Notes: generated from the sequence alone by a model not told the origin. Counted from the stretch's first letter, positions 29,959 to 42,948 are shown. The stretch: DNA of 64,000 bases from Paramecium tetraurelia (GCA_000165425.1 CT868152.1:62001-126000), one strand, 5' to 3'. Translations and numbers: made by a program.

Positions 29959-30446
29959 ATGTCCACAAACTCAAGAATGAGATTGGTTAGAGATCTTTAA
30001 AAACTCAAGTAAATGATTCCACAAGGATTTTAAGCTGCACCCTTCGATGATAACATCTTATTATGGGAAGCTGTCATCTTCGGACCAGATCAAACCATCT
30101 GGGATGGAGGCATCTTCAAGTTACTTCTTGAATTCACAGAAGAATATCCCCTCAAACCCCCCAATGTCATATTTAAGACCAAGATCTTCCATCCCAATGT
30201 ATCAACCATAACCCAATTAATTTATGCAAGGTTTACACAGATGGCAAGATTTGCTTAGACATTTTGTAAAATCAATGGTCCCCCATCTATGACGTATGGG
30301 CTATTCTCACGTCGATACGTTCTCTGCTCAACGACCCAAATCCTGATTCCCCTGCGAATAGCGAGGCAGCCAAATTGTACTTAGAAGATAAAATAACCTA
30401 TTTCAAGAGAGTCGAAGAATGTGTCGAAGAGTCCTGGATCGATTGA
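29959..30446 (+). CDS. UBC2: Ubiquitin-conjugating enzyme E2, RAD6/UBC2 type
   Basis: [16 protein letters not shown]...[20 protein letters not shown]...[26 protein letters not shown]...PNPDSPAN...VEESWID*. Intron 30199-30230. Confidence 0.95.
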
Positions 30447-30491
30447 CACACATAATAAGTATCACATAAAATATCCCTTTATAAATACTAC

Positions 30492-31153
30492 TCATTCTCT
30501 CTTTGGTCTATTGACTGGACTATTCGATCTCTGTTTCACATTCTACTTCTGATCCACTGCAGTCTACTTGGTGTGTTTGCTCTTGGCGTTCAACATCTAG
30601 GCATACATGAAGAATCCTCCCACTCTAATTAATTGTCAATAGTTACAAATCAAAATGGTTTACAATCCTCTAATTTAGATATCACCATAAACAGCCAAGG
30701 ATTGATTCACAGTTCTCAATTCTCCCAAAATTCCTATTGGATATAAGACCATGAAAGCATTGTATCGAAGAGTCTTGAACAATGAATTATTCTTGAATAA
30801 GTAATAAGAGAATCTAATGATTTCAGCCAAAGACCAGGCAATTACTGCATTGATCAAACAGCAAAAGCATACTCCCTCATACATAAACAATAATGCCACC
30901 ACAAGTCGACCTCCTAATTAGAGAATATTGCTAATCAATGAACCAGATGTCAAACTATCATAATTCCAATATCATACCCCACAATATTAGAAATTAAGTC
31001 ATAGGTCTGAGATATCTACATCACTTAGACTAACCAAACTATCTATCCTGTTTTTTCAGTGCCATTCACTAATTCCAATATCACCAACCCCAATATTGCT
31101 GACCATCCAATCAATTATGCTGCATTATAAGCAAGAGATACAAATCCAAACAT
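30492..31153 (-). CDS. PHS1: Very-long-chain 3-hydroxyacyl-CoA dehydratase (HACD/PTPLA/PHS1 family)
   Basis: YNAAQLIGW, AWSLAEIIRFSYY and LRYNAFMVLYPIGILGE motifs. Multi-TM. Two tiny introns. Confidence 0.88.
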
Positions 31154-31184
31154 TAATTTTAATATTTAATAAAAAACTATAGCT

Positions 31185-31873
31185 TCAATATAATTTATTT
31201 TTGTTTTCCTCTTCCAAACTCTTCTTCTAATGGTATCTCTTGCAGACAAAAACATATAAACTGCTGATCATGAAGACTGATAATGCGATTATTAATATGG
31301 CTAATAGAGGATTCATGTGTCTGAAAAAAGGATATGGGACTCTGTCATTAACCAAGTAGTTCAACACTATAAAGAGTACATACAAACATCCAGAGATTGT
31401 TACTATTTTAGCATTCCCTGAGTATTGTATACTAGAAGTGTAGATGGTTATAAAATATCTAATTTTAAATGTTATCTTACAAATACAGAAAACTGCCTCC
31501 ATGGAAGGTCAACAATATGTAGTTAGATATTGGATGCCTTTTGGATATCACTGCATCAGGCTGTATTAAGTAAATTGACCAGAATGATATCGCTACGATA
31601 AAACATGCATAGACTAAAAACGTTTAGAATCTTTTTAATGGCAAAGATTGCTGATTCCATAGGAAGCCTTCTATTATTGACCAAACTTGATAGACCACAA
31701 CCGAAAATTGTGTAAAATTGGTATAGAATGATAATATCGCCAACAATTTGTTCAAAGGGAATCCTTCATAATAATACCAGATTGTCTCTAAGAAAAGCAT
31801 CCCCAAGTTTAAATACTAAAGCTATTTAACTTATTACTCCAACATTCTTTGAACTTAGTTGAATTTCTAACAT
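31185..31873 (-). CDS. FAR-17a/AIG1-like multipass membrane protein
   Basis: About six hydrophobic segments with FYTNFTQ, FWSIY, TFHGG and VPYPFF motifs resembling the AIG1/ADTRP Thr/His family. Two tiny introns. Confidence 0.6.
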
Positions 31874-31914
31874 TCGATTTGATATGATATATTTATAATA
31901 GAAATTATTTATTT

Positions 31915-33661
31915 TCAAAATTCATTGTTATAGTTAATATACATTTATTTGGCATAGACAGCCCTTTATATCGTCGGCTTCACCCGTTTTGTGTCTTCTA
32001 TCAAACCTAACAACTTGAGATTGGCTATTGCAGTCTAAAAGTCTATCATATCTTATTTCTCAATCAAATTCGACAACGCTACTTAATATTATTATTGGAT
32101 TTTAGCATAGTTTTCGCCTGTCTATTTGAAATTCGATGTACAAGTATCAATTAAATTCTTATGCAAATGATTTAAAATGTCAGGATTTGTAGATTCCAAA
32201 TACTTATCAAAATCCTTAAATATGTACTAAGAGCATGATTTCTTAATATCATTTATTATCGTCACAATGTATTTATTTAAGAATTAATTAACGTAATCTT
32301 CAAATTTCACCTTTTCGTTGTCCTTAGTCAATTATGTGAATCGATCATTTTGTTTCTTCACTTACTAGTTGTCGTAATTGTCATTTTCTAAGTATACTAA
32401 AATGGCTTAATCAATGTTCTGCTCATTCCCTATTGATAAAAGATCTTTGAACAGTTGTTTAGCTTTATTCAGTTTGCAATCGTGACTTAATGTGAACCAT
32501 TTGCTGGCCTGATTGGAACATAATAATCCAAAGAGTTTCTGCTTAAAATCCTTGATGTCTTATTGGTTCTAAATTAATTTATGGCATTATTACTTCTGAC
32601 TTCAATTACTCAATGTATTTACTAAACACAAGGATGGCATCACTCAGTTGTTTTCTTTTTTATAAATACTGCTTGTATACTATGTTGTTATTGGGCTAAT
32701 TCTTCAAAGTGTCAAGCAATTCCTTCATGGTTGTATTCTTCTTGTTGTAGGATGTCATGAAGTGTAAAGTTTGATACATGAGGAAGTAGGCTTGTTTAAT
32801 TTTAAAGAGTTATTATTGATAATTCATGGTGTAGATCTTGAAGTCTTTTTCCCATAAAGAATATATCTCTTGAGACAGCAAAGGAATTTGAGGATTGGAT
32901 ATCAGCTTTATCAATAGGTGTATAAACATCTTTTTGGGATCGCTGAAACTATAGATTTTTGTAATTTCGTAATTCTCTGTGGCTGTAGATTACAGAGGTA
33001 AAACAAATATGATATTGCCAATTGTGTTTGGATATCGAAGTTTAATCTCTTCTAACAAAGCCTTTTTTAAATCGCTGAGTTCTTCAGAGACAAAATATTT
33101 GGAAATCAAAAATATTGATGTGTGTGCTCTCACATTTGATTTGAATTGTTTAGCACAATGAATCAAAACGTAATTTAATAAGTCTGGTAAACTATAGTCT
33201 ATTTTATCGAATAATTCAAAGCTGAGTGAATGATCAATTACTCTCCCGCCTTCCATTGTAAATTCAACACAATCGGAATTCAATATTGGATGGCTCTCTT
33301 TTTTCTTCACAAGAGAACTGTAGAAGGAATACACTGAATATAGATTGGCTTGATCTACTAAAAGGAAACCAAACTTGATTTGCACATAATGATGTTGCTA
33401 GTTTAGACTATGCAATTCTAAAATTTAAAATGTTGTGTTCTTCAATTCTTCTTCAATCCATTATAAAATTGAGTTTGATAATTTCAGAAACTTCTTATCC
33501 ACAATATCCTTAGACTCTAAATCAATTTATTCTACTGTCAAATGATATAATTCCATAAAATCATTCGCTTCAGGTACCTATTTACTTTTTGATTTTTTTG
33601 GCACAAAGGCCTGATAACAATCCTCTAATTCTCCAAATACCTATTCTTAATGATGAGCCAT
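31915..33661 (-). CDS. ORC3: Divergent origin recognition complex subunit 3-like protein (~573 aa)
   Basis: C-terminus DFQTAIANLKLLGLIEDTKRVKPTIQRAVY resembles the ORC3 winged-helix end. Internal FVSEELSDL and IPLLSQEIYSLWEKDFKIYTMNYQQQLFKIKQAY resemble the ORC3 N-domain. Intron 32569-32593 restores a 3n length. Confidence 0.62.
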
Positions 33662-33706
33662 TAATTTATTCGAAAATAAATAATATTGTCATATTTTAAT
33701 AAATAA

Positions 33707-35533
33707 TCATTTTAATTGTTTGATTAGTTTCAATTTTGGAAACACTTAAACTTCATCAAAATCTCCTTATAATTAACCTAAAAGCTCCTTTAAAGTATTA
33801 TCATGAGTTAGCTTATGAATACTTTATTGACACAAAGGACACTGTGCCAAATTCAGATCTAATTAACCTGTCGAACACAAATCAGTAAGACTATTCTCAT
33901 CGAAGGCTTCAGGATGATGACAATAGATGCCTCTAATTGGATTTCTTAACTTCTAATTTGTTATTAAACACTAATAATTTATTAGATAGATATATATTAC
34001 TCTCAATTTTAGATTAAATTAGTCTAATTCTTAAATTGGAGATTCCAATTCTTCAAATCTCAAAGAGGGATACAGTTTTTTTTATAAAAAGAGTTGATAT
34101 TTTTCCTTGTTTAGGTAATTGAAATTCTTAATGGTGGTTATGAAATTGAGCATCTTTGTATCCACATAAACTTATTCGTGAACACTCTGATCCCTGTGTC
34201 TTTTCTTAGGCGAAAAAGGATTATTACACAAAGGACAAGAAACTGAATAGGTCTTGACTCCATTTCTGTTTTCTGGGTGTTGCACTTAATTTAAGATGCA
34301 ACTCATGAATCTTAGATCGCAAACATTTACTTTATCACATCTAATACATCTACATGGAATTTCAACTTTGCAATTGGTACTTTAATCCTTAATAACATTG
34401 AGATCGCCATTCAAGGGATGTTCATAAAACTTATCCGTCAATTCCTAATTTCGTGTAGAGGAATAAATTCTATCTGTGAGATCATAGATAGATTTTATAT
34501 AATTCATATTTTCTGTAGTTGTTGGAACCAACTTCTTGTAAGCAGCTATCTGAGGGTCGTAATTCGTGATTGAGTATGTATCCAACAAAGTTGAGGACTA
34601 GGGATCAAATATAAAGTCTGATGAGAAATTAAAACTTTTCAATCCTATCTCGTACAACTCTGAGTCCAATTACAATTCATTTAAATTAATAATCTCCTAA
34701 CATCCCAGGAGTAGACACTTCAATTACTTTTCTGAAAATATAATTATTATTACAATCTCGTTGTTGCATGTACCAATGTAAGTATAGAAAATCATAGCAT
34801 TCTAAGTGGCGGCATTGTTTTCCTCTCACTGGAATTTAGATTCTTATGTTCCCTAATAAACATACATGAAAATATTTAAAGGATTCGTTCCCCTTTATAA
34901 TCTTTCTAATAGTAGAGAAACTCTGTTGAGCATCTTATTACTGACTGAATATTTGTTAAATTTGATTATTGTATTGAAATTGCTCCTTCCCTAGAAAGCC
35001 TGGGTAGAATGGAATCAGGGTTTGAGTAGATAAATAGTAGGTTATTGGCTTCGATTTGTCATTTAACTAGAAAATAATTGATTTATACTTGTTATTTAAG
35101 TTATTGGAAAAACAGATTTGGGATTAATGGTATATCTTTTTTAAAATGACTCTTTGATCTGCATAGAGGGCACTATATATATCCATCTTACATAAAATTA
35201 CTGTCATTCTGTATCAAATATTTCAATATCTATTTAAGATCAAAGCAATCATTCAGATGTTTTTTATCTATTATGCATTGCGTAAATGACACCTTTGATA
35301 ATGAATTTAAATACTGGCTACTCTAACCATTCTCCGCTGATGGAACACGTGAATTTGATATTGAATACGGGATATTGGGATTTGCAATATTATAAAAACT
35401 AATCAAACAGTTTCTGATTTTCATCTTATTAATTCTTCCAAGAATCCTTAATTGCATATGTGATTTTATCTATATTATTGATAGACATTTTTATTGGCGA
35501 CGATGACTATTTTTAGGGACTCTTTTAATCCAT
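33707..35533 (-). CDS. Protein with four tandem SP-RING (zf-MIZ)-like domains; putative SUMO E3 ligase
   Basis: Four modules: CIIDKKHLNDCFDL..CPLC; CLLGNIRIQIPVRGKQCRHLECYD..CLLLGC; KDQSTNCKVEIPCRCIRCDKVNVCDL..CPLC; LRCLITNQKLRNPIRGIYCHHPEAFD..CPLC. Confidence 0.78.
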
Positions 35534-35934
35534 AATTTTGGATCAAATATATGTTTAATTAATATTGTCAATATAAACAATCAATATTTTTTAACATTTC
35601 AGATTTATTGACTCCAATATTTGCGATTAACTACTAACACTAAAAAATCGATCAAATTGATCAGATAAGGTCCACACAAAGACTATTATCAATTTGAGGA
35701 TGGCCATTCAAATAAACTAAGTAGCTTAGAATTATTTTAGAATAATTTTAGCCTTATTGTGTGATATTGGGATATCTACTTAAAGATCATTTTGTTAGTG
35801 GAGGTGATTCTCTAAAAGTCTTTAAATATTTTATAATTTAAACTCAATATGAAATTTATGGTGTTTTATTTGTGAATGCTAATTAACAAATAAATTAATA
35901 ATATCTTTAATATTTATTTAAATTGCAATCGTAC

Positions 35935-37850
35935 ATGGCAGACAATTAAGTTCAAAATTGGGGAGATTTATCCTCCGATGAAGAAAATGAAAAACCTTAG
36001 GCTGATTCTAAAGCCTAAAATTAATAGGGAGCTTAAAATTAGAGACACAATTAATCATAATAAGGCTCATCTGGAAGACAATAAAGATAAAGGCAAGAAT
36101 AAACTTAGGGACAAGTCGACTTGAATTAAGAAGGAGATGAACATGATAACAATATTAACAATCCTGAATAATCTAATTAATAAGGGAACTATAATTAAAG
36201 AAATAATCAATAAAGAAAAGGAAATAGAGATAACAGAGATAATAGAGATAACAGAGATAAGAGAAACAGAGGAGATGGTAATTATAGAGGGAATAGAGAT
36301 AATTAGAAGAATTTTAAAAATAGAGATTATAACAATAATGATAGATAAGATAGAAATGATAGAAATGACAGATAAGACAGAAATGACAGATAAGACAGAA
36401 ATGATAGATAAGACAGAAATGATAGATAAGACAGAAAATAACATTAAGATAGAGATAATGCTGGTATCTATATTTTAATAATAATCTAGGTTTAATCTTG
36501 TAAAAGAAGGAACAATTGAGCAATTATAATGGAGATAGTATAAATATATTAATTCATTATAAATTTGATGAAAATTAAATAAAAGAAACATTAAAAGACA
36601 TTACAACGAAAAACTTTATTATCACAGAAGATTAAACTAAATTTGATGTAGATAAAGAGAATGCCCTTAAACTTTTAGAAGTTTACAAACTATAAATTGT
36701 ATTATTTCTGTTTTTTAAATATTTATTAGGAATTAGATGGTAGAATCCAAAAACTTTATATGAGAATAGGTTCAGATCATCACGATAGAAACAATTAGGG
36801 CAATAGAGGAGGATATCAGAAACATAATTATTAATAAAGATAATAAAATAACGATAACTAAAATGATTTTGGAAACAGAAACAGAGATGAAAAATACTAA
36901 AACAAAAGGAATAATTTTGAACCTACTAAAATTTCTAGAAACATATCCTCCAAAGTTGATGATAATGTAATATATGATTTACCTTATTAGTAATAATAAC
37001 CTGAATAACAATAATAGTCATAAACTGATGCTTAATAACACTAAGGAGATCATTAACAATAAGACAACTAAAAATAAGAGAGAAGAGATGATAAGACTGT
37101 AGGTTAAGAAGAAAATAATTAACAACACATTCCATAAGAGCAGAATCAAAGAAGAAATAATTACAAAGGGTACGATAATTAAAATAGGGGCTACAACTAA
37201 AATTATAAATAATACAATAAACACAATAACTATGACAGAGAATAGAACAATCAAAACTAAGATCAGGAGGGATAAAATAGGGATGATTAAAATTAATTCA
37301 GGAATAACCATAACAATAATTATAGAGGAAATAGAGATAGACAATAATATAGAAATTAAAATGATGATCATGATTAAGATGACTAAAATAATAGAGAGGA
37401 AAGAGATAACCAAAGAGGAGGTCAAAGAAATTATTAAAATAATAGGGGGAATTACAGAAACAATTACAATAAAAATAATAGAGGAAATGACAAAGACAAT
37501 GAAGTCGATAATGATAAACCTAATTTTAATAAGAATAATAATGATGGAAATAATAATAATAGAAATTATTATAATAATGATCAGGATAATAATAGAAACT
37601 CTAATAAAGAGCATTACAAGTAGAGGAATTACCATAATAGAGACAATCAAGGATATGAAACCAAATAATAGGGAGGAGAGGAAGAGACTTAAAGAAAATA
37701 GTATTACAGAGGAAATTAACAAGTAAAATAGTTATTTAGCATTAGAATGAAATAAAAGAGTTTGCTTTTAGTTCGCATCATGATAAGTAAAAGAAGGAAT
37801 CCCAGAAATCAGCAGTTAAATCCAACAACATATTCGACGCATTAAAGTGA
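35935..37850 (+). CDS. Low-complexity N/Q/R/D/G-rich RNA-binding protein, eIF4B-like
   Basis: N-terminal WGDLSSDEE, RDN and DRQDRN repeats, a short globular (degenerate RRM-like) segment at ~36530-36770, RG/YN-rich tracts and C-terminal KSNNIFDALK*. The gene is clear but the family is inferred. Confidence 0.6.
36338..36436 (+). repeat. Coding tandem repeat, 9/18-bp units (gayagataagacagaaat = DRQDRN)
   Basis: About five 18-bp units visible directly. Confidence 0.9.
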
Positions 37851-37920
37851 GTGTACACCAATAAATTAATGTTATTTGTGTTTTTTGATACGATAACCTA
37901 ACTCGTTATTTCTTTTTTTA

Positions 37921-39028
37921 TCAAATTTTAAAATCAGAGTTTTTAGAATCTTAATTTATTGTCACTTCTTAATGTTTAGATTTCTCCAAGTGCAGAAATT
38001 TCCTTTCTGTCAGATGTTACATATCCTAGAGTTTCTTACCGTTTTATAATGTTAATCTTAGGTAACGAAGACAGCTAAGGTTTATTTAATCCCGAATCGA
38101 CTTTGGCCTTGATTCTACTAAGATCAAATTTCTCCTTTTTCTGTTCTGGATTAAAATTACCTCTTCTAATTAGTTCTTCAGAGTTTTCACTTACTTTTTT
38201 TGAAACCTATTGTTTAAGCCTGTTCATGGTGTTTTTTCCGTGTTGCAAGGCAGTTGATCTCCTCAAGTATTGCCGTTCAGTGGGATCAGGATCTAAATGG
38301 ACTTTAAACTCGTAAGAATTTAGTAATACCTTATTTGTTGTCATGTCTATTTGCAAGCCATGAGAATGCTACTCCTGCAGTGAATTTGGTCTATAATTTT
38401 TCAATGATCTAATCTTCATTGGTGGTTTCTTATTGGTTGAGACTGTGGTCCTATTTGTCCTTGCTATCTCTGGTTTGATCCGGCATAGTTTGAGGTAGGT
38501 CTTCTGAAGTTTTCTACCGCAGAATGAGGGTTCCTTTCTTTGATTAATTGGGCGTAGCACTTCCTAGACGTTATTTTCGCAACTTCCTTCTGATTACATT
38601 GAAGATGGGTTCTAATTTGACAGCCTTTAATTTTAATTGTGCTATCATCATTTCATCTTTTCTCTCTAATATTTTGTCGATTAATTGTATTCTAATTTAT
38701 TAGAAATGATGAACCTCTCATCGGCAGAGTTCAGAGTCTTTAGAGATGCAATGATTTATTTTTTATCATTAAAATCTGATAATGTGTTATAGGCATCCTG
38801 AACCCTTTATTTTTTGATGCTTATAGATTAAGATTTATTGGAATCATTTTTTTAATGAAAAGTCTTTCTTTAAGTTTCTATTAAATTTAATGGTCTATCC
38901 TTATTTTCAGTTTTATTCATAGTAGGAGTGGGTACAAAATTCTGAGGTCTGGATGATGCAAAGAAGGGTTTTAATAATTTTCTTGCAGTATAATTTGGTC
39001 GATTCAGCATTAGTTTATCGAAGCTCAT
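37921..39028 (-). CDS. Hypothetical basic/polar protein
   Basis: Code-6 ORF MSFDKLMLNRPNYTARKLLKPFF... with a 23-nt intron near 38700. Ends ...NSDFKI-TGA. Confidence 0.6.
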
Positions 39029-39058
39029 TATTTTTGATAAATAAATTCATTAAATTTA

Positions 39059-39682
39059 ATGTCGCAGCAATCACTAAGTTAGGTTTCATAACACAGTCAA
39101 CAACAACAACACTAGAATTAGTAACCAGGACAGAAAATAGGAAGCTCGATAGAAGACATCACACAAGACTTGGAGGAATTATTCGAATCTCTAAAGAGTA
39201 ATCATCTTTAAAGAAATTGTAGTCGAGAAGCAAGGATAGCAAGTCGATTAGATTGAGAAGTCTACCTTGTTGGCTTTACTGCTCTATTTGAACATTGACA
39301 AATCAGAGACTCAATTTTTTAATTATGTTGTTAGAACATTAGATCAATTGCAATCAGTAATTAAATATTGAAACCATTTTAGACTACTCTAAATAAGGAG
39401 CAATTCAAAACTTTGTTTTTGGATCCTCAAATCAATACAGACAATTTGAAAAGCGAAGAGTTTGCATAAATTTTTAGTGTTTTCGATTTACAGAAAAAAG
39501 GATCATTTAGTGCTGAAGATTTCTTGAGGTTGTATAAGGAGACATCTGAATACTTGAATCTAAATGAGAATTAGAAACAATAAGTGGAGGCAAGGATAAA
39601 AAAGGATTTTGAAATTATCAGCCCTGAACATAAGGAAATTACACCTATTGAATTCTTTAAGATAATCAATAATTAAGGTTGA
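39059..39682 (+). CDS. Divergent EF-hand (centrin/calmodulin-like) protein
   Basis: Q-rich N-terminus, EEFAQIFSVFDLQKKGSFSAEDFLRL and KEITPIEFFKII. Two tiny introns. Confidence 0.72.
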
Positions 39683-39752
39683 TTCTAATATTGAAATGAA
39701 AATTAATTCCAATATATCATTATTTATTTTTAGTATATTAATTTAGTTGTTG

Positions 39753-42700
39753 ATGGATTAGGACCAAGAGATAAAAAGGAAGATAAGATCACATTCAGTC
39801 GAAAGAGGTACGAAATAAAATATTGATTGTAGAGAAAACGGAGAGTCAGTCCCAATTTACAGATGAAATAGAGGATGATAAAATAGTCACCATTGGTGTT
39901 TGCTGCATGGCTAAGAAGTCTTAATCCAAGGAAATGCAAGAAATACTTAATCGTATAAACCCAGAGTTTTTTAAAATTGAGATATTTTCAGAATAAATGA
40001 TACTTGAAGATCCTATCGAATCATGGCCAATTGTTGAAACTCTTATCAGTTTTTATTCTGACGGGTTCCCTTTGAATAAGGCCATTGCCTATGTTGATTT
40101 GAGGAAGCCATTCATAATAAATGACCTAAAGAAATAGCAACTTCTGTGGGATAGGGAAAGAGTCTATACCTTACTAAAGAAAAATAAAGTGCCAGTGCCT
40201 AAACATTACTTTGTGTTTAAAAACCCGAATAAATATATCATAGACGACTATAATCGGAAGGAAATTGAAAAGAAGTATAAACCAAGGAAAACTGAATAGG
40301 AAATAATTGAGGAAGAAGACAACGTTGATAGTGTTATAAGTTTTTTATAGAATGAGGATTCATCCCAACATATCAAATCAGTTTAGACAGCAAAATAATT
40401 ACAGGAATTGCTATTGCCTCCCAGGTAAGACACAATGGAAGAAAAAAATAAAAATAAAATGAAATAAGGAATGAGATCTTATGATGCTAGATCATTATCA
40501 GCTGTAATAGATATTAAGAAGGATCCTAAAGAACTTTAGATCACTAAGATTGAAGAATGTGATGATTATTTATTAATAAATGGGTAGAAATTAGTTAAAC
40601 CATTTGTTGAAAAGCCCTTTGATGCCGAAGATCATAACATCTACATTTATTACAACTCAAGAGATGGAGGTGGATGTAAGAAACTATTTAGAAAGGTTGG
40701 AAATCAGAGTAGTATATTTGATCCAACTTAGAACAGTATTAGGAATGATAATGAAAACTATATTTATGAAGTATTCTTGCCTACAAATGGATTTGATATT
40801 AAAGTCTATACTGTAGGAGAGTTTTATGCACATGCTGAAGCCAGAAAAAGTCCAGTATTGGATGGTAAGGTTGTTAGATCATAGAATGGAAAGGAAATGA
40901 GATACCCTGTTTGTTTGACAATGGAAGAGAAGATGATGGCCATAAAGATTGTGAATATATTTGGTTAAAATATTTGCGGATTCGATTTGTTGAGAAGTAA
41001 TAACAAATCGTATGTTTGCGATGTTAATGGTTGGTCTTTTGTTAAAGGAAATGCCAAGTATTATCAAGATTGTGCCACTATTTTGTAGAATATGATTTTG
41101 GCTAAATTAAGACCAACTTTATTATAGAAACAAATTTCTGATATCAATTTAGTTAAGGGATTCTACAAGAACTCTTTTAGACCCAGTTCAAAAGATTTAG
41201 ACGGAAAAGAATAGAATTCTGAATTGAGATCTGTAGTGGCAGTATTTAGACATGGAGATAGAACACCTAAGTAAAAAATGAAGATGAGATCTGCTAATGA
41301 ATTGTTTCTCTCATTCTTTGATGAGGTTGCTGATCCATCTAAAGAAATTAAATTGAAGCATCCAAAATAACTATTAAAATTACTCAATTTAACTAGAGAA
41401 TGTATTGCCAAGACTTCTTGTCAGGATGATAATATCATTAAATTACTCTAAATGAAGTCAGTTCTTGAATTAGGAGGGCATTTCGAAGGTATTAATAGGA
41501 AGGTCTAGATCAAACCATTAAAAACATAAAAAATAGAGAAAAATGGTTCGATCATTGAATTCCCAGTTGAAGTCTTGTTAATCTTGAAATGGGGTGGGGA
41601 ATTGACCTAATTAGGTGAAGAACATGCCGTTAGATTAGGTCAAGTATTTAGACACGATATGTATCCGACAGAGAAGGATGGATTACTTAGATTACATTCC
41701 ACATATAGACATGACTTAAAGACATTCACATCAGATGAAGGCAGATGCCAATATACTGCGGCAGCCTTTTTAAAAGGATTATTAGGTTATGAAGGAGAGG
41801 TGACTCCTATCTTAGCCACAATGGTGTAAAAGAATGAAGTCGCCCAAGAATTATTGGATTGCAATAATCTAGAAATCGAGGAGGAAGTAGAAATAAAAAC
41901 AATACTCCAAAAAATGTTAACTAATGATGAGGATATGTTGACGTAGATTTACTAGTACTTTCCTAATTTTAATATGACTCAAACTCAACACGATTTAATT
42001 AGCAAATTTAAATGTCCAAAGTCTATGCTTATTTAATTACACACCTACATTAATTAATTAACCAAAAATATAAGGTAATTTTAGAATAAACTAATTAGAC
42101 TTCACATCCACTTGGAAAAGAATTATTACATTACTCCAAGTGATATGGAACAGGGAGTTTAGACTATGTTTGAATCAGAAAATCTAACATTATTCTTTAA
42201 AAGATGGTACAAATTAGAATATGATTTCTTGTAAAAGGAGAAATTCAATATTTCTAAAATCCCAGATATTTATGATAGTGTCAAATACGACATGCTTCAC
42301 AATCAGGATAAATTATAGTTTTATGAAAATTCAAAAGAGTTCTATTACTTGGCAGAATTGCTCAGTCATTTCATGGTTCCATTTGAGTATGGAATCACTA
42401 CCAAACAAAAATTAACCATAGCCAAACGTGTAGTCGGTCCTTTATGCAATAAAATCAAATAGGATCTCTTATGGTGGAATAGATCGGAATCAAAAAATCA
42501 GTAATAGGAGGAGGATTATTGGAAGTTCAGATAAACCGATGAAAGCGATTTGAATAGTCCCTGGAGACATGTTAGAACGAGATTATATTTTACATCTGCT
42601 TCTCACTTATATTCTTTGTTCAACATCTTATATTATGGATTAGGACATTATTTAATCGAAGATGAATTCAAACAAAAACAATTGTAACAAATTTTAATGC

Positions 42701-42948
42701 TTTAATATCTGTCAAATATTGTTATTAAACTTTATGAAGATTTATCATCTGAAAAGGAGGATCCCAATAGATTCAGAATTGAATTGAGTGTTTCTGATGG
42801 CATTCAAATGCAATTCCCAATTGACAAAAATATGCTACCCAAAAGTGACAACATTCACATTAACTAATCATTAAGATTGGATTAACTAGAAGAATTCCTT
42901 AATCAAATAATTGATTGTGCTTTTGGTGATGATGTTCAATCTTTATGA
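39753..42948 (+). CDS. VIP1: Inositol hexakisphosphate/diphosphoinositol-pentakisphosphate kinase (VIP1/PPIP5K)
   Basis: [52 protein letters not shown] (ATP-grasp kinase). [18 protein letters not shown] and [11 protein letters not shown] (histidine phosphatase domain). Confidence 0.96.

Noticed and set aside
35640..35822. Telomerase RNA or U3 snoRNA (ACAAAGACTAT and TACTT..GATCATTT look-alikes)
   Set aside because: There is no C4A2-type template upstream and no downstream U3 boxes B/C/D.
36338..36436. CRISPR-like short direct repeats
   Set aside because: There are no spacers; this is an in-frame coding repeat in a eukaryotic gene.
36067..37726. Long Ile-rich, membrane-like ORFs in the supplied track (36067-36444, 37018-37722, 37232-37726)
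   Set aside because: They are shadow and antisense frames of the N/R/D-rich low-complexity gene; the true frame uses TAA/TAG as Gln.
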